A stretch of 52,981 nucleotides of DNA, taken from NCBI GenBank assembly GCA_002747875.1, contig PDQT01000295.1, positions 1-52,981 on the forward strand, written 5' to 3'. The translations under genes and the position numbers were made by a program. This DNA comes from a bacterium DOLZORAL124_64_63 (GTDB taxonomy: Bacteria > Krumholzibacteriota > Krumholzibacteriia > LZORAL124-64-63). Below, one piece after another: positions 31,597 to 39,520 of the stretch (the first letter of the stretch is position 1; every line of letters starts with the position of its first letter). The notes beneath the pieces are model-generated. The model was not told where the DNA came from and made no database searches. It was given only the letters and a program-made list of their open reading frames with translations.

Positions 31597-32430
31597 TCAG
31601 AGGGAGACGCGCAATGGTTTTTTGAGCCCCAGGCCCGCCAGCAAAGACAAGATCATGAAGGCCGGCAACCATGGCAACGGTAAACCCAGGTAACGGGTAT
31701 GGCGCTTGGGCCACTGGACCGAAATCCCGTCCAGACCATGGGCTTCCCTGATCACCAGACTGCCGGGATAAAGCAGACTTTTCCAGGCCGAATTTTCCGT
31801 GCGGCGGTGCAGCAGGGGTAAGCCCCCGGCAGCTTCCAGGGTGAACCGCCCGGCCCCCTGGCCGGCCCGCCGGAACGCCAGCTCATGCCGTCCGGGCTCC
31901 AACACCTGCAGGCGCCAGGATACGGTGCCGGTGTGCTGATTGCGCACCGGCCCGGCGGTCACTTCCAGACCGGCGGGGATGCCCACCTCAACCGTGCTTA
32001 CCTGATTCCGATACGCGTCGGCCAAGTACACCGTCAGCACCGTCTCTTCTCCTTTCTGCAAGGGGCGCTGGGCGAAGCGTCCCTCGATCTGGCCAAGGGT
32101 CAGGATCATCGGTGGGATCATGACCAGCAGGGCGGGTAGGGTCAGGGACAGATAACGCAGATTGGCCAGAGCCAGGCGACCCTGGATGCGCGCCAGCACC
32201 CTCAGGTGATCTTGGTACAGGCCCATCTCGTAGATGTGGCCGATTAACCGGTCGCGGGTGGCGTTCAGCATGGTCTGGGGCGTGGCCCATTTGAAAAGTT
32301 GCAGGGCCCAGGCCGCGGTGATGACGCAGACGACGACCATGGCCAGCCAGGGAAGGGGCGTGAAGGGGGCGAGCAGGAGATCGAAGAGCATGCTCACGAC
32401 CCCGGTTATGCGTTGCACCAAAGGCATCAC
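31597..32430 (-). CDS. membrane protein, unassigned (N- and C-terminal TM segments flanking a beta-rich domain)
   Basis: TM segments WLAMVVVCVITAAWALQLF, LSLTLPALLVMIPPMILTL and LPWLPAFMILSLLAGLGL. Its start overlaps the stop of the upstream small gene. Confidence 0.55.
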   Translation of the reverse strand: MMPLVQRITGVVSMLFDLLLAPFTPLPWLAMVVVCVITAAWALQLFKWATPQTMLNATRDRLIGHIYEMGLYQDHLRVLARIQGRLALANLRYLSLTLPALLVMIPPMILTLGQIEGRFAQRPLQKGEETVLTVYLADAYRNQVSTVEVGIPAGLEVTAGPVRNQHTGTVSWRLQVLEPGRHELAFRRAGQGAGRFTLEAAGGLPLLHRRTENSAWKSLLYPGSLVIREAHGLDGISVQWPKRHTRYLGLPLPWLPAFMILSLLAGLGLKKPLRVSL

Positions 32431-32624
32431 GAGATGTAGCCCAGCCCCTGCATGCGCTTTCTGATCTCTTCCTCGCTGTCGCCGCCTTCTTCGAACTTGG
32501 CCACTTCACGTTCCAGGACGTGCTGCACGAACTCCTCGGCCGAGCTGTAGCCGGCGATGGTGGCGTATTTCTTGATCTTCTCGTGAAGATCCTTGTCCAG
32601 CTTGATTTTGTTGCCGCCGAACAT
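32427..32624 (-). CDS. 65-aa ribbon-helix-helix-like protein
   Basis: This is the C-terminal part of track ORF 32427-33425. MFGGNKIKLDKDLHEKIKKYATIAGYSSAEEFVQHVLEREV fits a beta-alpha-alpha (CopG/Arc-like) pattern. Its ATG overlaps the TGA of the upstream AP-family gene by one base. Tail EEIRKRMQGLGYIS. Confidence 0.5.
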   Translation of the reverse strand: MFGGNKIKLDKDLHEKIKKYATIAGYSSAEEFVQHVLEREVAKFEEGGDSEEEIRKRMQGLGYIS

Positions 32625-34600
32625 CAGCGGTCTCCTTTCTTTCCGGTTTCCGCGGTGAACAGGTTGCCGCCCACCATCTCGGCGGGGGGCTCCAGCCCGA
32701 ACAGGGTCAAGATGGTCGGGGCCATGTCCACCAGGGCGGGGTCTTTCTTCAGGATGGGCCGGTTGGCTGCGATGATGCCGGGCACCTCGTCGGCGGCGAT
32801 GCAGTGGTCGCCGCTCCATTTCAGCATATTGTCGCTGAACACGGTGGGCGGAATTCGGCCCAGGGCCGACTCGTTGCTGCCGCGCCAGCCACGGTAATAT
32901 CCTACCACGATATCCGGTCCGGCGTTGCGCAGGGGGCCGTGGTAAACATCCCCAGCCAGGTCGGCCACCTTGATGGCCCGCTCGTTGCCGGCGGGATCCA
33001 CGACGGCCTCCAACTCGGCCTTCAGTTGCCTCAGCAGGGCCTCGTGCCGGTCGGCCGGGACAATGCCCCCGCTTTCGCGCCCCTCCAGGTTCACGTAAAG
33101 CCCGTTGATGCCCAGGGCGTAGGCGCGGGTCCGGCTCCAGTCCACCCCCTGCAGCATCTCCACATCCTCCGGGTCGACGTCGTCCTGCAGCACGAGGTAG
33201 CCGTTCTGCAGCAACCATGTGTTCAGGTGGAAGGCGCGGTTCCAGGCGGCGAACCCGTGGTCGCTCATGAGGATGAAGGTGGTCTCGTCGTCCACGCACC
33301 GCAGGGCCCGGCCCAGGGCCTGGTCCAGGGCCTGGTATAGTCGGGCGATGCGGTCGGCGTGCACGGGGTCGGCATCGCCGTGGGTGGGGCTGCTTGCATC
33401 CATGTTGCGCCAGATCATGTGGCATGTCTGGTCGGGCTCGTTGAAGTAGAAGAAGAGGAAGCCCTCGTCCAGCTGGGCAAAGCGTTGCAGCTCCGTCTCC
33501 AGTTGCTCCAGGCGTTCGTCCAGCACCAGACCGCTCTGCTGCACGAAGCCGTCATCGCTCAGGAAACCGTTCTCCAGGGCGCTGGTGTCGTCGGGCAAGC
33601 CTTGGGTGTAGAAGGGCCCCGTTGTTTCGACGATCCGGCGGCTGTAGTCTTCGGGGTTGGAGATGGGCATGACCGGGTTGGCCGGGTCGATCTGCACCGG
33701 CGTGGCGTAGAGGCGGAAAGCGGGTTCGGTTGCCAGGAGGCAGAAGCGCACCGTGCCGCTGACCGATTGCACCCAGGGGATCATTGTGAACCGGACGGTC
33801 ACCCACGGGCTCCACTGGCCCACATCCAGAACCAATTCGGTGTCCCCCACCTTCAGCCAAGCGCTACCGTTGTCCCGGTCCACCTTACCTTCTATCTGCA
33901 CCCGGGTGACGGGGTCTCCTGCACGGTAGGTGTTGCGCGGGCCTTCCAAGTCGGCCTGGAAGAGGCCCTCATCCAGCCAGATGCTGACCACGCGGCCGCC
34001 GCCCAGGTCGCGGTCCAGGGGCGGGTCGTCGGTGATCAGGGTGCTGATGCCGTAGTTGCCCGTGATATCCGGCGTGCCCATGCCCGAGAGGCTGCGCGCT
34101 TCATCCCCGACGGGGGGAAAGTTGGCCGGCACCCGGAAAATCGTCGTGTCGATGCCGTGCCGGGTCAGGATTTCCCAGAAGGGGGTGCCTTGGCGGAGAT
34201 TGTGGATGTCGGCCGACTCGCGGGGGATCTTCCAGGACCCGAACCGCCAGAAGCGCTCGGCTGTTTTGGCCTCGCTGGTGCTGCTGGTCGGCAGCATGGT
34301 GACGGGATCGCGATGGATGAAGTCGAAGATGCCGTGGCCGCCGGCGTCGCGTCCGGTGATGAAGTTGCTCCAGGCCACCGGTGACTGGGGCGGGATGGCC
34401 GTGGCCAATTCCTCGAGTTGGCCGCCCTCGGCCAGAAAGCGGTCTAGGTTGGGCATCAGGCCCTGGGACCGGAAGCGCTGGGTGAGAATGGGATCCATGC
34501 CGTCCAGCCCCATGACCAGGACCTTGGTGCCGCCCAAGATGGTGCCGGGGGCCATGAGAACCGTCAGCCAGCACAACAACGGCAAGAAACGTCGGGTCAT
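32624..34600 (-). CDS. alkaline-phosphatase-superfamily protein (NPP/phosphodiesterase-like), secreted
   Basis: Signal-like MTRRFLPLLCWLTVLMAPG. VLVMGLDGMDPILTQRF ... MPNLDRF ... IPPQSPVAWSNFITGRDAGGHGIFDF ... ILMSDHGF. Paralogous to 34597-36753. Confidence 0.7.
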   Translation of the reverse strand: MTRRFLPLLCWLTVLMAPGTILGGTKVLVMGLDGMDPILTQRFRSQGLMPNLDRFLAEGGQLEELATAIPPQSPVAWSNFITGRDAGGHGIFDFIHRDPVTMLPTSSTSEAKTAERFWRFGSWKIPRESADIHNLRQGTPFWEILTRHGIDTTIFRVPANFPPVGDEARSLSGMGTPDITGNYGISTLITDDPPLDRDLGGGRVVSIWLDEGLFQADLEGPRNTYRAGDPVTRVQIEGKVDRDNGSAWLKVGDTELVLDVGQWSPWVTVRFTMIPWVQSVSGTVRFCLLATEPAFRLYATPVQIDPANPVMPISNPEDYSRRIVETTGPFYTQGLPDDTSALENGFLSDDGFVQQSGLVLDERLEQLETELQRFAQLDEGFLFFYFNEPDQTCHMIWRNMDASSPTHGDADPVHADRIARLYQALDQALGRALRCVDDETTFILMSDHGFAAWNRAFHLNTWLLQNGYLVLQDDVDPEDVEMLQGVDWSRTRAYALGINGLYVNLEGRESGGIVPADRHEALLRQLKAELEAVVDPAGNERAIKVADLAGDVYHGPLRNAGPDIVVGYYRGWRGSNESALGRIPPTVFSDNMLKWSGDHCIAADEVPGIIAANRPILKKDPALVDMAPTILTLFGLEPPAEMVGGNLFTAETGKKGDR

Positions 34601-36753
34601 GGGTTCACCTCGGATTCGGCAAAGACGCTGCGTCCGGTCATGTGGCCGGGAGCGTCCAGCCCCAGCAGGTCCAGCACCGTGGGCGCCATGTCCACCAGGG
34701 CGGGCTTAGGGTTGCGGAAGGGCCGCGTGCTGAAGATGACCCCGGGAACGGCCCGCGGGTCCATGCAGTGGTCGCCGCTCCAGCTGCGGGTGTTGTCGCT
34801 GATGACGTGGCGGCCCACCGCCCCCACGGCGGCGTCCCAATCGGCGCGATAGCCGGGTTTGTAGCCCACGATGGCATCCGGGCCGTTGGTCCGGTAGGGC
34901 CCATGATAAATTTCTCGCCCGGTCCAAACCTCGGTGATGGCTGTTTCTCCACGTTCGGTGTCGGGCAGGCCACGCAGCTTGGCGTTGATTTCGGCCAGCA
35001 GGGCGTCGGCCTCGGTGGGGTCTACGCACCCCTCGCGTTCACGGCCCTTGAGGTTCAGGTAGTAACCGGCCAGGCCGCTGGTATAGGCGCGGGTACGTTG
35101 CCAGTCGATATCGCCGACCTCGTGGCGCTCGCCCTCGCCGATGGGGGGGAGAGGGCTTTGGGTCGGATCGTTCTCGGTCGGATCGCTCTTGAGGAAGAGA
35201 TACCCGTTGTCCCGGAACCAGGTATTCAGGTTCACCCCGCGTCGGAATGTCTTGAAGCCGTGGTCGCTGATCACCAGGAGGGCGTCGCGGGGGCCCAGCT
35301 TGTCCAGGGTCTGGCCCACCAAGGTGTCGGCGCGCCGGTACAGATCGTCGATGGCCTCCTTGTGCTGCTCGGTGTCCTTGCCCGCGTTGGCTGGGTGGTC
35401 GGGATCGAGATAGCGGAAGAACATGTGCTGGATGCGGTCGGTGGCGTCGAAGACCACCGAGACCACGCCGTCGGGTTGCCGGTCCAGGGCATGGAAGAAC
35501 TGCCTCTTGCGCTCTTCGTGGATGGCGTAGGCCTGGTCCAGGAAGGCCTGCTCGTCGATGACCCGCTCGTTCAGGGCCCAGGTGTCTTCGGCCAGGCCCA
35601 GGGTGGCGTAGCGGCCGTGCAGGCGCGACAGGGCCATGGCCAGGTGCGGCGGATTGCTGATGGGCATGGCCGGATGGCGCGGGTCGATGTTCACGGGAGT
35701 CACGTAGAAGCTGAAGTCCGGCTCGAGGCTGGTGATCCGCACCTTGACGATGCCGTGAGCCGTACCGCCGCCGCCTTTGAAGACCAAGGGGATCCAGTCC
35801 GAATACTCGTTCTCCCCTATGGTCACCGTCTCCGGGCCCACGGTGAAGGCGGCCCGGCGCGCCTCCCTGTCGACCTTGGCCGTGATGGGCAGAGTCATGC
35901 GGCCGCCGCCGGGCAGGTCCGGTCCGGTGAGCACGCTGGTGTAGACACCGGAAGCCTGCTCGGCCAGTTCCAGACGCACGCCGCCGGTGGTGCGGCCCGC
36001 GATTTTCCGGCCGCGGGCCTGGGCGCTGGTGTAGTGGCTGAAGGTGCCCTGGGTGCCGCGCAGATCGGGCACGCACATGGCCGACAGCTGCTTGCCGCCG
36101 AACCTGTCGGGCGGGAAGGTGATGGGGACGCGCAGGATGCTGCTGGCGACGCCCGCCTCGGCGCAGGTTTTCCAGAAGGGCTTGCTGCGGCGCAGCAGTT
36201 CGAAACGCGGCCCCCCGCCGGGCAGGGCAAGGGGGCCCAGCTTGCGGACGGGGCGTCGGTGCAGCCGTGTCGACGACAGGATGGGCAGGTGGGTGACCAA
36301 GTCTCGGCTTAGGAAGTCGAAGATATTGTGCCCCGAGGGGTCGACCCCGGTGGCGAAGGTGCTCCAGCCCACCGGCGACATGGCGGGGTAGGTGCTGATC
36401 AGGGGGCGGAAGGTGCCTTCATCCCGGATGCGGGCTAGGTTGGGCAGTTGACCGGCGTCCAGCAGGCGTTTGCTGATGACCGGATCGAACCCGTCCAGGC
36501 CCAGAACCACCACCCGCTTGGCCACCGCCTGATGGGGCGCGCCTCGCCCGCGCTTGCTTTTCCTGCGTCGGCCCTTTCTGCGTCGGCTTTGGCCCCGCAG
36601 GTTGCGGATCAGCACTCGCGCTGGCCAAGCCAGTACCGCGACCACGGCCAGCAGCATACCCGCCAGCGCGAACAGGAAGCTACCGCCCAGGGCGAATCCG
36701 GCACCGGGGCCGATGTAGGCCGTGATGGGGGTGATGCCGGGTAGCCAGGGCAT
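34597..36753 (-). CDS. alkaline-phosphatase-superfamily protein (NPP/phosphodiesterase-like), N-terminally membrane anchored
   Basis: TM segment FLFALAGMLLAVVAVLAW followed by a basic linker. VVVLGLDGFDPVISKRL ... LPNLARI ... YPAMSPVGWSTFATGVDPSGHNIFDF ... LVISDHGF. 4-nt overlap with the downstream paralog. Confidence 0.7.
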   Translation of the reverse strand: MPWLPGITPITAYIGPGAGFALGGSFLFALAGMLLAVVAVLAWPARVLIRNLRGQSRRRKGRRRKSKRGRGAPHQAVAKRVVVLGLDGFDPVISKRLLDAGQLPNLARIRDEGTFRPLISTYPAMSPVGWSTFATGVDPSGHNIFDFLSRDLVTHLPILSSTRLHRRPVRKLGPLALPGGGPRFELLRRSKPFWKTCAEAGVASSILRVPITFPPDRFGGKQLSAMCVPDLRGTQGTFSHYTSAQARGRKIAGRTTGGVRLELAEQASGVYTSVLTGPDLPGGGRMTLPITAKVDREARRAAFTVGPETVTIGENEYSDWIPLVFKGGGGTAHGIVKVRITSLEPDFSFYVTPVNIDPRHPAMPISNPPHLAMALSRLHGRYATLGLAEDTWALNERVIDEQAFLDQAYAIHEERKRQFFHALDRQPDGVVSVVFDATDRIQHMFFRYLDPDHPANAGKDTEQHKEAIDDLYRRADTLVGQTLDKLGPRDALLVISDHGFKTFRRGVNLNTWFRDNGYLFLKSDPTENDPTQSPLPPIGEGERHEVGDIDWQRTRAYTSGLAGYYLNLKGREREGCVDPTEADALLAEINAKLRGLPDTERGETAITEVWTGREIYHGPYRTNGPDAIVGYKPGYRADWDAAVGAVGRHVISDNTRSWSGDHCMDPRAVPGVIFSTRPFRNPKPALVDMAPTVLDLLGLDAPGHMTGRSVFAESEVNP

Positions 36754-36977
36754 GAGTCTTCACGATCCGGGGTTGGGGTTTGGGGATTCCTGGATATGCC
36801 GATTGAGGGACGCATCCGTCAGCGGTAGATGGCCTTGATCCCGCTCCTGCTTGACGGCTCCGTGGGGACGACGGGCCGCAGCAACGAACCGCAAACCACA
36901 TTGCTCTCGCTGCCGGTCACGCAAAAGGGCACCGCATATTCGCCATCCTCAGCATAAGTCAGCCCAATCAGCCCCCT

Positions 36978-37157
36978 CAGCCTAATCGTCCCAATCGTCC
37001 CGTAGTCGCCATCAATCCCACAGCCTGCGCCGTTTCCTTGATAACCTCCGGCCTGTTCATCTCCGCGATGACCAGCACCACGCCCCCGCTGGCCACCAGA
37101 AAAACCAGCAACACCACGATCCAGATCCACGGTCTGTCATATAACCACTTGCCCATG
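36978..37157 (-). CDS. possible 59-aa single-TM protein directly after ccoG; may continue by frameshift into ORF 36819-37130
   Basis: Below the track's apparent length cutoff. My translation: MGKWLYDRPWIWIVVLLVFLVASGGVVLVIAEMNRPEVIKETAQAVGLMATTGRLGRLG*. The ATG lies 1 nt after the ccoG stop (TAAACATG). Confidence 0.35.
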
Positions 37158-37158
37158 T

Positions 37159-38595
37159 TTACGGCCCCCGGAAGCGTACCTTCGATTTCTGCACCACGCC
37201 GGTCGCCGAATCGGTGAACGCGAAGTGGAAGTCTTCGGGCAGAGAGTAATTGCTCTTGGGCATCATCGCAAACAGGGTCAACTGCTGGTCGCCCAGGGGC
37301 GGCAGCTCGATGCGCGGCTGCGGGATGATGTAGTCCACACCGTCGTAGCCGGCCAGAGCGTCGTCCGCGGGGGCGATGAAGTAGACCTGCGTTTCGTCCG
37401 TCTTGTTTTGCAGGTGCATGGTGTAGAGGTTGCGGATCTGCCCCCCGTCAATGGTGTAGGGCATGCCCTGGCTGCGCATGATGGTGATGTGGAAGTTCTC
37501 CCGCGCGGAGGTGCGCTGGATGAACAGGGCCCCCAGAGCCAGCATCACGAAGCCGTAAATCCAGAAACGGGGGCGGAAGTGACGGGTCTTACCCGTCTCG
37601 AAACCGCGCGAGCTGTCGAAGCGGACCAGACCCGTGGGCTTGCCGATCTTCTTCATGATGTCGTTGCAGGCGTCGATGCAGTTGGTGCAGCCGATGCACT
37701 CCAGCTGCAGGCCGTTGCGAATGTCGATGCCGGTGGGGCAGACGTCCACGCAGCGCCGGCAGTCGATGCAGTCGCCGCCCTTGTTCACGCCCTTTTCGCG
37801 GGGCTCACCCCGTTTCTCGTCATAGCCGATGATGATGGTGTCGTAATCCACCAGCGTGGACTGCAGTCGGCCGTAGGGGCAGATGATCAGGCAGGTCTGC
37901 TCCCGGAACCAGCTGTAATCGAAGTAGAGCATGCCGGTCCAGAAAAGGCTCCAGATCAGGGCCGTGGTGTGGCCGGGGAAGAGGGGCACCAGTTGCCACA
38001 GTTCCCGCACCGGGATGAAGTAGGCCATGAAGGCCACGGTAAAGAACCAGCAGAAGACAATGAACAGCGTGTGCTTGATGATCTTCCGCACCACCATATC
38101 GGCGCCGCCCTTCTTGTTGCGGCGGATACGGGTGCTGCGGCTGCCCTCGACCATGCGTTCGATGGGACGGAAAACGCCCTCCATGAAAAGGGTTTGGGGG
38201 CAGAGAAAGCCGCACCAGATACGCCCGAAAAGGGAGGTGGTCACGAAGATGGACAGCCCGACCCCGATGAGCAGGAAGAAGACCAAGTGGAAGTCCTGGT
38301 TGGTGTAGGTGCCGCCGAACAGGTACGCGCTGCGTCCGGGGATGTCCACCAGAACGATGGGCTTACCGTCGATATGGATCCATGGTAAAGCCAGGAAAAG
38401 GAGCAGCAGAAGACTGTGGATGGTGGTGCGCAGACGGTGCCAGCGGCCCTTCACATCCGCCACATGCAGGAAGTTGCGTGAGCCGTCGGCATTGATGCTG
38501 TACACGGTGTTCAGGTCGGGCGCGCGTTTCTTGCTGCGCGCCGGTCGGCGTTTCTTTTCCGTTTCCTTTTCCTGTTCGCGGTTTTCGGTCATCAT
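37159..38595 (-). CDS. ccoG: cbb3 oxidase accessory protein CcoG/FixG (polyferredoxin-like, membrane)
   Basis: CGFLCPQ and two 4Fe-4S motifs, CIDCRRCVDVCP and CIGCTNCIDACN. Multiple TM segments; typical length and context. Confidence 0.85.
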   Translation of the reverse strand: MMTENREQEKETEKKRRPARSKKRAPDLNTVYSINADGSRNFLHVADVKGRWHRLRTTIHSLLLLLFLALPWIHIDGKPIVLVDIPGRSAYLFGGTYTNQDFHLVFFLLIGVGLSIFVTTSLFGRIWCGFLCPQTLFMEGVFRPIERMVEGSRSTRIRRNKKGGADMVVRKIIKHTLFIVFCWFFTVAFMAYFIPVRELWQLVPLFPGHTTALIWSLFWTGMLYFDYSWFREQTCLIICPYGRLQSTLVDYDTIIIGYDEKRGEPREKGVNKGGDCIDCRRCVDVCPTGIDIRNGLQLECIGCTNCIDACNDIMKKIGKPTGLVRFDSSRGFETGKTRHFRPRFWIYGFVMLALGALFIQRTSARENFHITIMRSQGMPYTIDGGQIRNLYTMHLQNKTDETQVYFIAPADDALAGYDGVDYIIPQPRIELPPLGDQQLTLFAMMPKSNYSLPEDFHFAFTDSATGVVQKSKVRFRGP

Positions 38596-38643
38596 CCGTT
38601 CCTTTCATCGGCCGCGGTCAAATTCAGGGTCAATTCGTATGAT

Positions 38644-38686
38644 TTAAAAAGGCCAAAAGGGCGGCCGCTGTTGCGCGGCCGCCCTT
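38644..38686 (-). terminator. rho-independent terminator after ccoP
   Basis: Perfect 12-bp stem aagggcggccgc / gcggccgccctt (38657-38686). On the minus strand it is followed by TTTTGGCCTTTTTAAA. Sits 27 nt after the ccoP stop. Confidence 0.75.
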
Positions 38687-38712
38687 CCCGTTCCTTGCGG
38701 AGGTGTTTACGC

Positions 38713-39309
38713 CTACTCCCAGGTGCACGGCTCGCCTTCCGGGGCCTTGCCCGCGACGTTCGTGTTCCGGAGGGTCATGACGTAGGCCACCACGGTCTGC
38801 ACGCCGGCGGGGCCCAGCTGGTTGCCCCAGGCGGGCATGCCCTTGGCCGCGACACCGGTGGTGACGGTCTCGTGCAGATTCATGGGTTCGCATCCGTGGA
38901 TCCAGACGCCGTCCGTCAGGTTCGGTCCAACCGATCCCTGACCCTTGTCCAGATGGCAGGCCACGCAGAACTTCACGAAGGTCTCCCGGCCCTCCTGCAC
39001 TTTGGCGGGCATGTCCACCAAGGCCATGAGGGTTTCGTTGGTCACGGGATTGTCCTTCATGCGTTCGAACATGGCCTCGTCGGCGCGGGCCATTTCCGCC
39101 TCGAAGTTGGCGTGCGAAAGATTGCGGATTTCCAGCGTGTGGAAAACGATCCAGTAGAACAGGGCGAAAACCATGCTGCCCCACATGATCCACATCCACC
39201 AGTTCGGCAATCGGTTGTCAAACTCCTGGATGCCGTCGTATTCGTGCTCCATGATGGTATCGGCCCGGTAATCGGCCCGGTTATCACGGCTTTTGTGCTG
39301 CTCACTCAT
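38713..39309 (-). CDS. ccoP: cbb3-type cytochrome c oxidase subunit III-like, monoheme
   Basis: EHEYDGIQEFDNRLPNWWMWIMW is the conserved CcoP N-terminus. A single heme-c site, CVACH, and GMPAWG. Confidence 0.8.
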   Translation of the reverse strand: MSEQHKSRDNRADYRADTIMEHEYDGIQEFDNRLPNWWMWIMWGSMVFALFYWIVFHTLEIRNLSHANFEAEMARADEAMFERMKDNPVTNETLMALVDMPAKVQEGRETFVKFCVACHLDKGQGSVGPNLTDGVWIHGCEPMNLHETVTTGVAAKGMPAWGNQLGPAGVQTVVAYVMTLRNTNVAGKAPEGEPCTWE

Positions 39310-39511
39310 TATCCTGAGCCCTCCCTTCAACGTGGCCGTCGAATTCGTTTTCGTTGTCCAGCGGCATGGCCGCGATTTCGTCGACTTTGTCCTTGCTCTT
39401 CAGCCCGATGAACACGTAGCCGAGGACGCCAAAGAAAATCGCGATGAAGATCACCAGTCCCACCAAGGGCCAGATCAGAAGATCGCTTTTGGCGTAGAAC
39501 TCCTGAAACAT
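39302..39511 (-). CDS. ccoQ: CcoQ/FixQ-like small membrane subunit
   Basis: 69 aa with one TM (LLIWPLVGLVIFIAIFFGVLGYVFI), positioned between ccoNO and ccoP. Overlaps the ccoP start by 8 nt. Confidence 0.6.
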   Translation of the reverse strand: MFQEFYAKSDLLIWPLVGLVIFIAIFFGVLGYVFIGLKSKDKVDEIAAMPLDNENEFDGHVEGRAQDNE

Positions 39512-39520
39512 TATTTCCCC

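Noticed and set aside
32625-33425. N-terminal approximately 265 aa of track ORF 32427-33425
   Set aside because: This part overlaps the AP-family gene 32624-34600 in another frame and is Arg/Pro/Gly-rich. Only the last 65 codons, from the ATG at 32624, look like a real gene.
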